A DNA stretch of 64,000 nt from Eledone cirrhosa. Taxonomy: Eukaryota. The stretch is from assembly GCA_964016885.1 (NCBI GenBank), contig OZ024744.1:49042001-49106000 (forward strand), in the 5' to 3' direction. The notes beneath the pieces are model-generated. The model worked only from the letters and a program-made list of their open reading frames with translations, was not told the origin of the DNA and made no database searches. The position numbers were made by a program, and so were the translations under genes. The stretch's first letter is position 1. Every line of letters starts with the position of its first letter. Positions 25,580 through 36,469 of the stretch are shown here, one piece after another.

Positions 25580-26561
25580 AAAATACTAAATATATACATA
25601 TATGTATTGGTTAAATTAATAAATTAATAAATTGGAAGTTATGTTAGAAGTGAAGAGAATACGATAGGATATAATGGAAGAGGTGAAATATATTTAGGGA
25701 AAGAGAATGAAAGAGAGAAATGTTAGGAGGTTATGATGTTGATTCATTGATTAGTTGATTTATTGACAGTTAATAATAATAATGGGTTATTATAATAGAC
25801 TCAGGTGGTACAGTTTGAATTATGGAATTGTTGGGTTGAATCAAGTTGGTTTGAAATTAGCGAATTTAGTAGCTGCTTTATGCCTACAGAAAATTGACCG
25901 TTCTATTTTGCTGTTAAGCAGCATTTTGTCATATTTAAAAATATGGAGCAACTCCATATTACAAAGTCCGCAGTGGGACAATCCATCTCTGACATTCCCT
26001 TGACAATTTCGACCAGCTAATCCCGTATTACTGATTTGTATCTTTAAGCTGACAGATTTTATTGGCGAGTGTTGTTGTGTTCATAAGTCTGCGGTTCTTT
26101 ATAGAGTATCTGTGGACGTACCATCTTTTTTTTAACTCCCCGGATGTACTAGAACCTATGTAGTGCCATGCTAAGTTGCCTGAATTTATAGTACACAGGT
26201 ACACTATATTTGACTCCAGGCATCTATTTTGTAGTGGGCACTTATCCGGTAAGTGACAGTTACATTTTGAAGCCTTCCTGTGAGCCGGTTCATCGATGCG
26301 GTTTTGTATGTTGTTATGTATGGGCTGAGATTTGGGTTTGTTGATGTTTCGTGGTGATGTGTTTTGACGTGTGTGTGGTTGTGATGTTGTTATGTGTTTG
26401 TGATTTGGTGTTATGGTGTTTTTTGTAGTTTATTTTCATTAGAGATTCTTTTATAGTTAATTTTATGTATGTGTGATTCTATGTTGGTTGTAGTAGAGTA
26501 AGATAGTTTGATAGTATTTCTATTAAAGATTTTATGGTATTTGTGAAGTTTAGGGAAGTGC
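25580..26561 (-). mobile_element. Upstream partial tandem copy (pLTR) of the Naiad-type PLE
   Basis: Direct repeat of 16982-17901; retains KCNCHLPDKCPLQNRCLESNIVYLC..YIGSST..KKRWYVH (GIY-YIG with CxC..C..C motif). Confidence 0.9.
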
Positions 26562-26810
26562 AACATTAGTAAGAAAGTCTCTAACCTTTCATCCAACAAA
26601 GCCATTTTCGAAAGGGCAGTCCCCTACTATAACACCGCGCTAGCCAACAGCGGTTTCACAGAAAAAAATCTTCTACTCACCTAACTAACACCATAAAACT
26701 ACTAGAAGAAAAAAAACAGAAATAGAGTAATCGTATTGTTTACCTCCTCTTTATCCTTTAATGTTAAGACCAACGGAGGAAAGAAGTTTTTAGCCCTCAT
26801 AGATGAACAT
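26562..26810 (+). mobile_element. Fragment of a different Naiad-type PLE, opposite orientation
   Basis: [49 protein letters not shown]. Confidence 0.7.
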
Positions 26811-26849
26811 TATAGATGAACAGTATAGGCCATGTAAAAGGTGTAATAT

Positions 26850-27235
26850 GTTTATTCATAGTTGTATAAAAAGAAATATAACAATACAATGCCTACAGAA
26901 CAAATTACATGTGAATGTTTAAACCGTGTATAATAACACAATAATATAAAATCATGAACAAAAATGATAAAGGAAAGAAGGAAAAAGAAAAAAGAGGGCT
27001 GGGGGAATTCCCCACCAAGTGTGACAATCGGCAACACCTCACACCTTAAGGGGTTAACTACACTTTCAGACAAGCCAACACGCTCACAGCATTACCACGG
27101 GTGATGCCGAGGCTAAGGTGCTGAAATAACAAGGCACCCTCACGGGCATCACCTGACACCTCAGTAATGCGAGCTGCCAGTGAAGACAAGAAGTTTACTG
27201 TCAGCAGCCCAACTCCACCGAACGTCTCGAACACC
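26850..27235 (-). mobile_element. CRE-clade non-LTR element 3' end
   Basis: Reverse complement of 51008-51340 (FETFGG..FQHLSLGITRGNA, restriction-like endonuclease C-terminus). Confidence 0.8.
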
Positions 27236-27320
27236 ACAGGCTAGAAAAAAAATAATTGTTTGATACGAACACAATCGATACAGTATTTGGAAGGTTAACG
27301 CTTGAAATAGCAGGAAGAGG

Positions 27321-27358
27321 GTCTTAACATTTCGGACGCTAGTCCTTCATCAGAAGAA
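27321..27358 (-). ncRNA. Minimal hammerhead ribozyme, family H1
   Basis: UUCUU-CUGAUGA-A-GGAC-UAGC-GUCC-GAAAU-GUU-AAGAC. Confidence 0.8.
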
Positions 27359-27676
27359 AGAATGAGAAGTTAGAAAGATTGAAGGGACGGGCAGGGTGAA
27401 ATTGGAAAAAATGTCTTTAGATAAAAAAATAACAGGTCCATTCATGTTGCCATCTCTTGGAAAACTGTTGAAGCTAAAGTGGATGATGGAGCGCGTCTAC
27501 TGAAATGGGAAAAAAGCGTTTCGTATATGGAACTATACGTGTGCACGTGTGTATGCGCACGCGCGCGTGTTTGTGTGTGTGTGTGCTTGTAAGTACGAAG
27601 CTGTTAGCAAAAGTGTGTGTAGAGTCGAAGTTAGTGATGCAGCATATGTACAAACTTTATTTACATATTATGACTG

Positions 27677-27755
27677 TTTTGATATTGATCAGCTTAGAGT
27701 ACAATCATGGTGACGCGTCCTGATTGATTGTACCCTGAGCTGATTTATATCGAAA
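27677..27755. repeat. Imperfect ~30-bp-stem hairpin
   Basis: TTTTGATATTGATCAGCTTAGAGTACAATCA...TGATTGTACCCTGAGCTGATTTATATCGAAA; the left arm resembles stem II of the 46615-46699 hammerhead. Confidence 0.65.
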
Positions 27756-27951
27756 TAATTCTAATATGTAAATAAGGTTTGTACATATGGTGCATCACTT
27801 ACTTCGACTCTTTTATATATCTAATTAAATCTATTTACACTTTGCACACTAAACCCGTAGTTCTGGAATACAACCCAAACGAAACGGACTTTCTAACGGC
27901 ATTGAGTGCTTCAAATGGCGCGCCGCCTGTAACTGTTGTTGCCCCCCCCCC

Positions 27952-28002
<51 letters not shown>

Positions 28003-28293
28003 AAAATGGAATAAGGTTATATACAAAACAGGGGTTATAGAGAAAAATAGGAATTGGAAATAGCACGGAAAATATATTTAAAGGTCTGTTTTTCTTTTTT
28101 TTCTTTGATTCGTCAAAGTGACATTATTGAAAAAATGAGGGGAACAATTCTTTTTAAAAAAGTAGTTTTATAATGTATATAGAATATATAAATTATAACC
28201 GGTTTTGATATATCAGTGTGAACCATCTTATCAAATGTTGAATATTACAATTCAAAAGAAGAATAAAAATTTAAAATTTAAAATTAAGTGTTG

Positions 28294-28362
28294 AAAAGGT
28301 CTGTTCATCCTTTTTGTTGTGAAGACCCAGTCTTCACAACAAAAAAGATGAACAGACCTTTT
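28294..28362. repeat. 69-bp near-perfect hairpin
   Basis: 33-bp arms, CCA loop, one mismatch; next to a (TAG)n tract at 28371-28465. Confidence 0.9.
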
Positions 28363-28385
28363 AGCAGTTAATAGTAGTAGTGGTG

Positions 28386-28466
<81 letters not shown>

Positions 28467-28589
28467 AGAGGAAGGGGAGGAGGAGGAGATTTTAGACAAA
28501 CTCTCCCAGTCATTCCAAAAGGCAATAGGATTGATCAAATCTGAGTCTGTTTCAAGAAAATCGACACTTTGGACTTCTATCAAAGTTTT

Positions 28590-29523
28590 GAAGCTCGCTA
28601 CAAACATGAGAGCATATTTTGGTAAAGATGAACAATCAAAGCAGTTTTCCCAGAATATATTAATGCTTGGGGATGGTAAACTTCCTTAGATAGAAAGGCA
28701 GCTGTTGATATAAGTCCCATAGGCACGAAGATGAAATTATTATTTCATCTCATAGAAACAGTGTTCCCTAATCTTGAATATTTGTTCACAAGTCACAGGT
28801 GGCTCAGTGAAAGGGCTATATTGGCTCCTAAAAATGTGACTGTGAAATCAAGAACTGTTAAAAATAATTCCAAAGGTTTCGAAACTCTATCAATCTGTCA
28901 ACACTGTGGTGGAACAGTCGGAAGCTGTCAAATACCTGACAGAGTTCCTCAAATCTTTAGAACCACCAGGAATGGCTCCACATGTATTTCACCTTAAAGA
29001 AGAAGCGTCCATCATGTTATTGAGGAATTTGGACCCACCAAGGCACTCGATTGGTTATGAAAAATATGTATCCACACGTGATTCAAGCCAACATTTCAAC
29101 AGGATGTGGTAGGGGAGAGGATATGTTCTTTCCAAGAATTCCTCTTATCCCCACCGATGTCACATTTCAATTCAAACGACTTCAATTTCCAGTGGGTCTT
29201 AGTTTTGACATGGACATCAACAAATCTCAAGGACAAACATTTTCAATTGCCAGTTTACACCTTGAAGAGCCCTGCTTCACCCGTGATCAGCTGTACATTG
29301 GATGTTCAAGGGTAAGAAGTCAGACAAATCTTTACATCTACGCACCAGATGGAAAAACAACAAACATTCTTTATACCATCATTATAAATTGATCCAAGTA
29401 ATAAAGAAATCCATCCTCATCAAGAAGACTATCCTTCGGGGAAGACATCGGCTGACATAGAATAAAAACATTTGAAATAAAGGCATACTATTATTTCCCG
29501 GCAACGACAGGTTACTCAGTTAG
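28590..29523 (+). mobile_element. Helitron 3' fragment (Pif1 helicase C-terminus)
   Basis: ERAILAPKN, IMLLRNLDPP, FKRLQFPV..INKSQGQT, QLYIGCSRV; decayed hairpin CCCGGCAACGACAGG then TTAG|T. Confidence 0.88.
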
Positions 29524-29620
29524 TATATATATATATATATAGTTCAAGAATAAACAAGACAAAGAGATACAAAAAAAACAAGGACGTATTAGATTCGCGT
29601 TTGGGAATAAGTAAATGAAG

Positions 29621-29658
29621 ATTTCAACGTATCGGAAATATGTCCTTCTTCAGGAAAT
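29621..29658 (-). ncRNA. Minimal hammerhead ribozyme (GAAA>GAUA variant)
   Basis: AUUUC-CUGAAGA-A-GGA-CAUAUU-UCC-GAUAC-GUU-GAAAU; perfect 5-bp stem I. Confidence 0.7.
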
Positions 29659-29814
29659 AACAAGTCGGGTTAGAGAGAGGGCGTGGTTTGGAACAACGGA
29701 GTTTGGAAAAAAGGCTTTTAAGAAGGCTGGTGAGGGTAGGAAAGTAGTCCGGTGTGCAGGAGTGGGGATGGGGTGGTAAATTCAGGTGTATCATAAGTGC
29801 TGTTACGTGCAGAT

Positions 29815-30525
29815 GGAATGTATTTCATGGGTCCTTCCCATTTCTCCATATCAATCTTCAGAGCTTTAAGATTGCCTTTTATAACAGCCAAAACCGCTTC
29901 TTTGGTTTATGCTGTGGTCTTTTTTCTCTGATCAGCTCCCTATAAAATACCTGTTTAGGCAGCCTCCCATCTTCCATCCTGACCACAAAACCATTCCATT
30001 GCATCTGGTTCATAATAATCCTCCTCTCAATACTGGTACTGCCCACTTTCCGAAGTACAGCAGCATCAGGTCTGTAAGAGGACCACTTGATGTTTAGAAT
30101 ACATTAGATACAATGCTGATGAAACCTTACGTTGTCCACGTTTCTCATCCGTACAGCAGGGCAGTAAGAACACAGGCCTCATACACAGAGAGCTTTGTGT
30201 TTCTCATGATACCCCAATTTGACCAGAATTCCCTTGTCAAGCTTCCCGAAGGCAAAACTCACTTTCACAATCCTGTCATCTATTTCAGCATCGAAGGTAC
30301 TATCTCTACTAAGTGTACTTCCGAGATACACAAAGTTATCCACCACCTCAAGTCTTTTTCCTCTCACAAAAATGCCTGGCTCCACATACATTTCCCCAAC
30401 TGGTGGAGTAAACATGACCTTTGTCTTTTTTATACTAATATTTAGTCCAAACACGGTTCATGCATTGGAGAAGGTGTCCAATATCAATTACATGTCCGCT
30501 ACGGTGTCAGGTCACTCCTGAGTGA
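29815..30525 (-). mobile_element. RTE-BovB-type LINE fragment
   Basis: FGLNISIKKTKVM..VVDNFVYLGSTLS..DAEIDDRI..AFGKL. Confidence 0.85.
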
Positions 30526-30682
30526 TGCATGTAACATGTAATCCAGCACAACCAGTCACATGGTTGGGTCGTCGGCGACTAAACCGACAACACCATCAAG
30601 TTTGCTTGGTGAGGAGGTTGATTGGAGACCCTGCTGAATGACAAAGGGCGGAAAAACGCATGAGAATCAACGGCCATCCAAT

Positions 30683-30868
30683 AATTGTTTCTACTTTTGG
30701 TACAAGGCCAGCAATTATCCCAGTGTATTACTGGTACTTTATTTTATCGACCCCGTAAGGATGAAAGGCAAAGTTAACCTTGGCGGGATTTGAACTCAGA
30801 CTATAAAGGGCCGTAACTCTTTGCTGCAAAGCATGGCGTCCGTCTCTCTTCCGATACTGCCAATCCAC
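30683..30868 (-). mobile_element. SINE family A copy
   Basis: Full-length match to the other copies. Confidence 0.88.
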
Positions 30869-31324
30869 CGCGTATATATTGCGTAGGTGATAAATATGTA
30901 TATATGGGTGCGTGCGCATGTGTATTTTTATTTTACTTTTAATTTTTTTTTATTTCATTTCATCTTATTTATCTATTTAGCCTGTTTATTATTTATCTGT
31001 GAAAATCCACGACTGATGCAGCTACCAAATTTTTGTTTGTTTGTTTGAGAGAGAGAGAAGGACACTGAAATACCTGTGGTTGACACAGCTACCGATCATC
31101 TTGCACCTGCTTGTCATCATATTCTGGCTGTCGATACTTAGAGAGACGCATGTGTGTAGCACAAGCACAGGCTACTTTGATATCCTTGTGCAGATATCTC
31201 TTCAAAGTCCTGCGGCGATGGGGAAGCAGTGACGTATACAGACTGAGGGGCTAGGAAGCTGGAAGTGCAGGTGAGGTCTTGCCGGTAGTTAGGAGCCAGT
31301 GACGTCACATCGACGTGAGGACCG

Positions 31325-31374
<50 letters not shown>

Positions 31375-31646
31375 TCCCTCTCCCTCTCTCTCTCTCTCTC
31401 GCTTTCTCTCTCTTTCTCTCTTGGTCCATGTGGTGCAGCAGACTATGAACATCCTGCAATGACTGATGCGAATGAGTGTGTGAGTTTTGTACAGTCTATG
31501 ACCAGACACGAAACAGGCGAGCATCACACAGGGAGATTCAGTCCAAACACGAGTGGAGACGCAAAGAAAGGTTCCTTCTCTTCCTACAACAAGCTATTTC
31601 GGCAGTATTTTTTTTTTATATTTATTTTCTCCGACTCGCAGAAGAT

Positions 31647-33400
31647 ATGGCGACAAAAATAAGAATCAGTGGTGACGCTATTAAAGCCTTCAGCGGCGAG
31701 GGAGATATATTACCTGGAATAGGAAAATATAATTGGTCGCTAAACTACAAGGGATTGAAAATGTCGCAGACCTCGTGACACTGTATCTTGAGAGCCATGC
31801 ACTGGTGTTATATCTCGAAATGGACAAGGCAGACCATCTGAACACGAAGAAGATCGAGCAGCGCTTCAAGGAGGCATTCACTGAGGGATCGTATGCTGCT
31901 TTCGCCAGACTAGGAAAACTGAAGTGGTTGGGAGAGCAGGTAGATACGTTCACGGCGGAGAAAGTTGGCTACACTAGCCAAATTCACAAGAAAAAACTTA
32001 GAAAGGGTCGTTTGGATGGCGTTCGCGAATGATTTCCCCAACGAAATTACAGTGAAGCTCCAACTGCCGAGCAACAACAAAATGGCAATGTGGAGCGGGA
32101 TGAGCAGTGTAAGAACAGTTGACGGCAGGGAGGTAGCGGCAAGGTGGAAATGGCGGTACGAGGAATAAAAATAAAGCTACAAGCGATCGTGATCGACAAC
32201 ATGGATAGAATTGATATGGTAATCGGCATGGATGCGATTGGCCATTTTGGAAGCATCCCAGTGAGTGAGGATGGAGTTACGTTTGGTAGTGCAGGGACAC
32301 TATGCACTATGAGTGTGCAATAGGAAAACGGGGAGAACTATGAAGAAAAATGCGCTGTTCATACCATCTAAGAGAAGGATTTCCGGGCTGTGTTCGGCGG
32401 TTAGTGGTGGATAGTTAAGTGGTACTGGAAAGGAGAGCCCCTGATGTTGAAGAAAAGAATGAGCTGTTATCAACATACCCTGAAAGAGGATGCTCGGAGC
32501 GGGTTTGAGGGAAAATGCAAAGATGGGTGGAGGAGGGCATATTAATTCCTTGGAAGGAGGAGATAAAGAGTAGAGTGTTGCCGTTAATGGCAGTATTACA
32601 GCTAATGAAGATCAAAGTCAAGCCGGTGCTGGACTTTCGTTAACTGAACGAATATGTGTCATGCCACACAGGCGATGAAGTTACAGATGTCTGCGGTGAA
32701 ACCTTGCGAGAGTGGAGACAAATGGCGGGGGCCTTCACGATTGTTGACTTAAAGTTGGCATATCTGCAGCCACATGTAGCCGAGAAACTGTGGCAGTATC
32801 AGCTGGTTAAGTGTAAGGTCTGGACATACTGCTTGAGCAGGTTGAAGTTCGGGTTGAATTTGGCACCAAAGATTATGGCGACATTCTGGGAAGAGTGGAC
32901 AACGTGAAGCGGGCCTCCAGTTCCTACATCGATGATATCTTGTTAGAGGAGACTTTGGTATCAGCAGCAGAGGTATCAATCCATCTAGAAATGTTCGGGT
33001 TAATCGTGAAACCACCAGAGGCAATGGAAAGAGGAGCTACACGGGGATTCAGGCTGCAAAGAGATAAGAAGGGCACGTTGGTGATTCTGAGGGGAAATGA
33101 AGTTCCAGAACTGGGCACCGACATGGATAGATGAGAACTTTTCTTGATGTGTGGTAAATTGGTGGGCCACTATCCAATTGCAGGGTGGCTCCAAACAGCA
33201 TGCAATTATGTCAAAAGATTAGCAGACGGAGTGAGCTGCGAAGACAGAGTGGGAGAGAGGATGATGGCCATGGTGCAGGAAATTGTGGAGAGGGTAAAGG
33301 CGGAGGACCCAGTAAGAAGAAGCTGGTATGTACTCAAATTAGAGAACGAGGGCGTATGATGTGATGTCAGCAGCATAGCATTAGGGAGTCATTTTGGAAC
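31647..33400 (+). mobile_element. Degenerate Gypsy-like LTR retrotransposon internal region
   Basis: Gag-like KAFSGEGD..LVAKLQG..LYLE; RT VDLKLAYLQ..FGLNLAPKIM..YIDD; RNase H start CDVSSIALG; truncated by an R4 element; LTR not delimited. Confidence 0.75.
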
Positions 33401-33419
33401 AGCAAGAACCCTCAACGTT

Positions 33420-34200
33420 CATGAAAAGTCCCTTCATAGTACCGTCTTTAAGAAAACGGAATTCAGAGATCCACAGACATGGAGCTGGTTAAAAAGAGGA
33501 GACCTTTAAAAAGCTACAGAAGGAATGCTAATGGCTGCACAAGAGCAAGCCCTCAGAACGAAGTGGATGAAATACCATATTAACAAGGAGGAGGCTAGCT
33601 CACTGTGTAGGATCTGTGGAGAGAGAGAGGGGAGACTGTGGCTCACATAGTATGCGAGTGTAAACACCTAGCCCAGACTCACTATAAGGGCTGGAGACAT
33701 GATGTGATAGACAGGGTGATCCACTGGCATCTATGCAAAGTAAACAATTTACCACATTCTGAGAAGTGGTATGAGCATAAGCCAGAGTCGGTGATAGAAA
33801 AAGGGTCAAGTGAAAGTGCTATGGGATTTCCGGATACAGACAGATAAGAAATTACAACACAATAGGCCTGATTGGTGGTTTTTGTCAAGGAAAAAAGATC
33901 GTGCCTGATTGTAGATGTAGCCTGCCCATTTGACACGAGAGTGCAAGAGAAGAAGAGGGAGAAAATTAATCGATACCAGGATTTAAAGTGGGAGTTAAAA
34001 AGGATTTGGGACTGTCATGAGATCAAGGTCGTCCCGATTGTCATAGGAGCACTAGGTACTATCTGAAAGAGTTTACAAGGATGGTTAAAGAACATTAGTC
34101 CAGTCCTCTTTTTTGGAACATTTCAAAAGGCATGCTTGCTAGGAACAACAAGAACCCTCCGATACGTCCTGAATATCTGAGGCTGCATATAGCGGCTTGA
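33420..34200 (+). mobile_element. R4/Dong-clade non-LTR element 3' part (CCHC knuckle + REL endonuclease)
   Basis: CRIC..VAHIVCEC..RHD; PD..IVDVACPFD..KINRYQDL..PIVIGALG. Confidence 0.85.
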
Positions 34201-34334
34201 TGGCACAAAGCCAACAATTTTGGAGGAGGGTAGGTCGATTATATCGACTTTTGTGCAGTACTGCTACTTAATTTTATCGACTTCGTAAGGATGAAAGTCC
34301 AACCTAACTTAAAGGGACGTAACTCTATGTCATA

Positions 34335-34630
34335 AAACTTGACATTGTTGTAGTGAACATGAAAGAAAAAATAACATGCCTAATAATTGACATTACATGT
34401 CCTAGTGACAACAGGATAGAAGAAAAAGAAGAAGAAGAAGAAGAAGAAGAAGAAGAAAGTGAACAACTATGATGAATTGAAGTGGGAAATACACAGGTTG
34501 TGGGCAATGATGAAAGTGGATGTGATACCAGTTCTGATTGGTGCACCTGGAAGTATCACAGTACCAAACTACTAACATGGCTTGAAAAGATTGGAACAAA
34601 TGTAAAGATAGAACACTTACAAAAATCATC
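34335..34630 (+). mobile_element. Second R4/Dong REL fragment
   Basis: DIVVVN..CLIIDITCPSD..VDVIPVLIGA, with a (GAA)n expansion. Confidence 0.65.
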
Positions 34631-34991
34631 AGATATACGTATATAAGGTATATAAGACAAAGTTTAGTATTTAGATAATATTAATGTTTCACGATCATTT
34701 CAATGGGTAAAATAAACTAAGATAATATCGATATATTGATGTTTCTGGGGATGAAAGATAGAATTGAAGTATTTTTATCATGGCAATTACTATGGTGTTG
34801 TATAATTGATTATACTCAATATATTGATAATGTAATAGTTTAGTTTGCCCCCGGAAACGATCATAAAAGAGGGATTAAACCTTGTATTATTTCTTTGCGT
34901 TGTGTAACCTTGTAAACACACATATGCACACATAGACACACACACACACACATGTGCGCATGCACACACACACGTACACATACACATACAA

Positions 34992-35044
<53 letters not shown>

Positions 35045-35048
35045 TATA

Positions 35049-35328
35049 CAGTGTGTTCGCTTTTTTACGTGAACGCGGCGCGTAAAGCAAATTCGCGTAA
35101 TTGAATAAACAATTGAACAATTAATAAATAAACAATTGAATAAAAAGGCAACTCTAATATATATCATATTATTATTTCTGATGATTTCCTTTGTCAATTC
35201 TAATGTTATATTATATTTCAGATAAAGTTATAGCGCGTTATTCGCATAAAATGAATATTTAACATTTTTTCAAGAGACCTTAAAGCGAATTCGCGTACTT
35301 CAAGTTCGCGTAAGAAGCGAACAGACTG
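35049..35328. mobile_element. pogo/Tigger-type MITE
   Basis: TA|CAGTGTGTTCGCTT...AAGCGAACAGACTG|TA; subterminal TTCGCGTA repeats. Confidence 0.82.
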
Positions 35329-35416
35329 TATTTATATATGGTCTCAGGAAGAGCATGTAGCTGTAAAACATATCCTGATCAACCAGTCTCAACAGGGTAA
35401 AGTGTATCTAAAAACA

Positions 35417-35449
<33 letters not shown>

Positions 35450-35506
35450 TATTATAGATAGATAGATAGAGTTTCTACTGGATCGACCTTAATAGACAAT
35501 TATTCT

Positions 35507-35694
35507 GTGGATTGGCAGTATTGGTAGAGAGTCGGACGCCATGCTTTGACGCATAGAGTTACGGTCCTTGCTATTCTGAGTTCAAATCCCGCCAAGGTTA
35601 ACTTTGCCTTTCATCCTTACGGGGTCGATAAAATAAAGTACCAGTAATACACTGGGTTATTTGCTGGCCTTGTGCCTAAAGTAGAAACAATTAT
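35507..35694 (+). mobile_element. SINE family A copy
   Basis: A box TGGCAGTATTGG, B box GAGTTCAAATCC; flanked by ACAATTATTCT repeats. Confidence 0.9.
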
Positions 35695-35917
35695 TCTTTA
35701 TTATAGGAGTGAAAATTAGTGACAACTTGTGTTTACTAAGTGGGGTACGTCTTCAATTCACTCAAGCGTATCGATATAAGTACTTATTTTATCGATCTCT
35801 TTTCGGGATTTACTTGACAACTCACATACATAGCCACACACACACACACACAACACACACATGAATAATAAATTTTATACTTTCCTAAGCAGAGTATCAG
35901 GGGAGGCGACTACAAAA

Positions 35918-36150
35918 TTTTATGATCAAAACTAAGAGTTATTTCCCTTATATCATAATTTTTTGCTTAAAAATTTCGAGCTTTATATACATATATTTAT
36001 GATCAAAACTAAGAGTTATTTCCCTTATATCATAATTTTTTTGCTTAAAAATTTCGAGCTTTATATACAAATATTTATGATCAAAACTAAGAGTTATTTC
36101 CCTTATATCATAATTTTTTGCTTAAAAATTTCGAGCTTTATATACATATA
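35918..36150. repeat. Tandem repeat, 3 x ~77 bp
   Basis: TTTATGATCAAAACTAAGAG...TCGAGCTTTATATAC repeated three times almost perfectly. Confidence 0.95.
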
Positions 36151-36278
36151 TATATATATATACATACATACACACACACGTATATATATATATATATATA
36201 CCAAGATATTAATAAATGGAAACTATATTTATAAAAGGGCGACCAAGTCAAGACACCTACACGATCTCGATCTATCTA

Positions 36279-36316
<38 letters not shown>

Positions 36317-36318
<2 letters not shown>

Positions 36319-36420
36319 AAAGATAAATAGAAATAACACAATCGGTACAATATATGGAAGGACTATATTAGGTTAACGCTCGAAATAGCAGGAAGAGAGT
36401 CTTAACGTTTCGGACGCTAA
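36317..36420 (-). mobile_element. Truncated H1 PLE-derived repeat (3' half of hammerhead only)
   Basis: UAGC-GUCC-GAAAC-GUU-AAGAC plus downstream sequence matching 8885-9000 and 27241-27340. Confidence 0.7.
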
Positions 36421-36469
36421 TACATATATTAACGTCCGACAACCATCTAATCAGAGCAGCATTTTAGTG

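Noticed and set aside
28731-29392. Host PIF1 helicase gene
   Set aside because: Frameshifted, intronless and followed by a Helitron-type terminus; the same applies to the 48-60 kb pieces.
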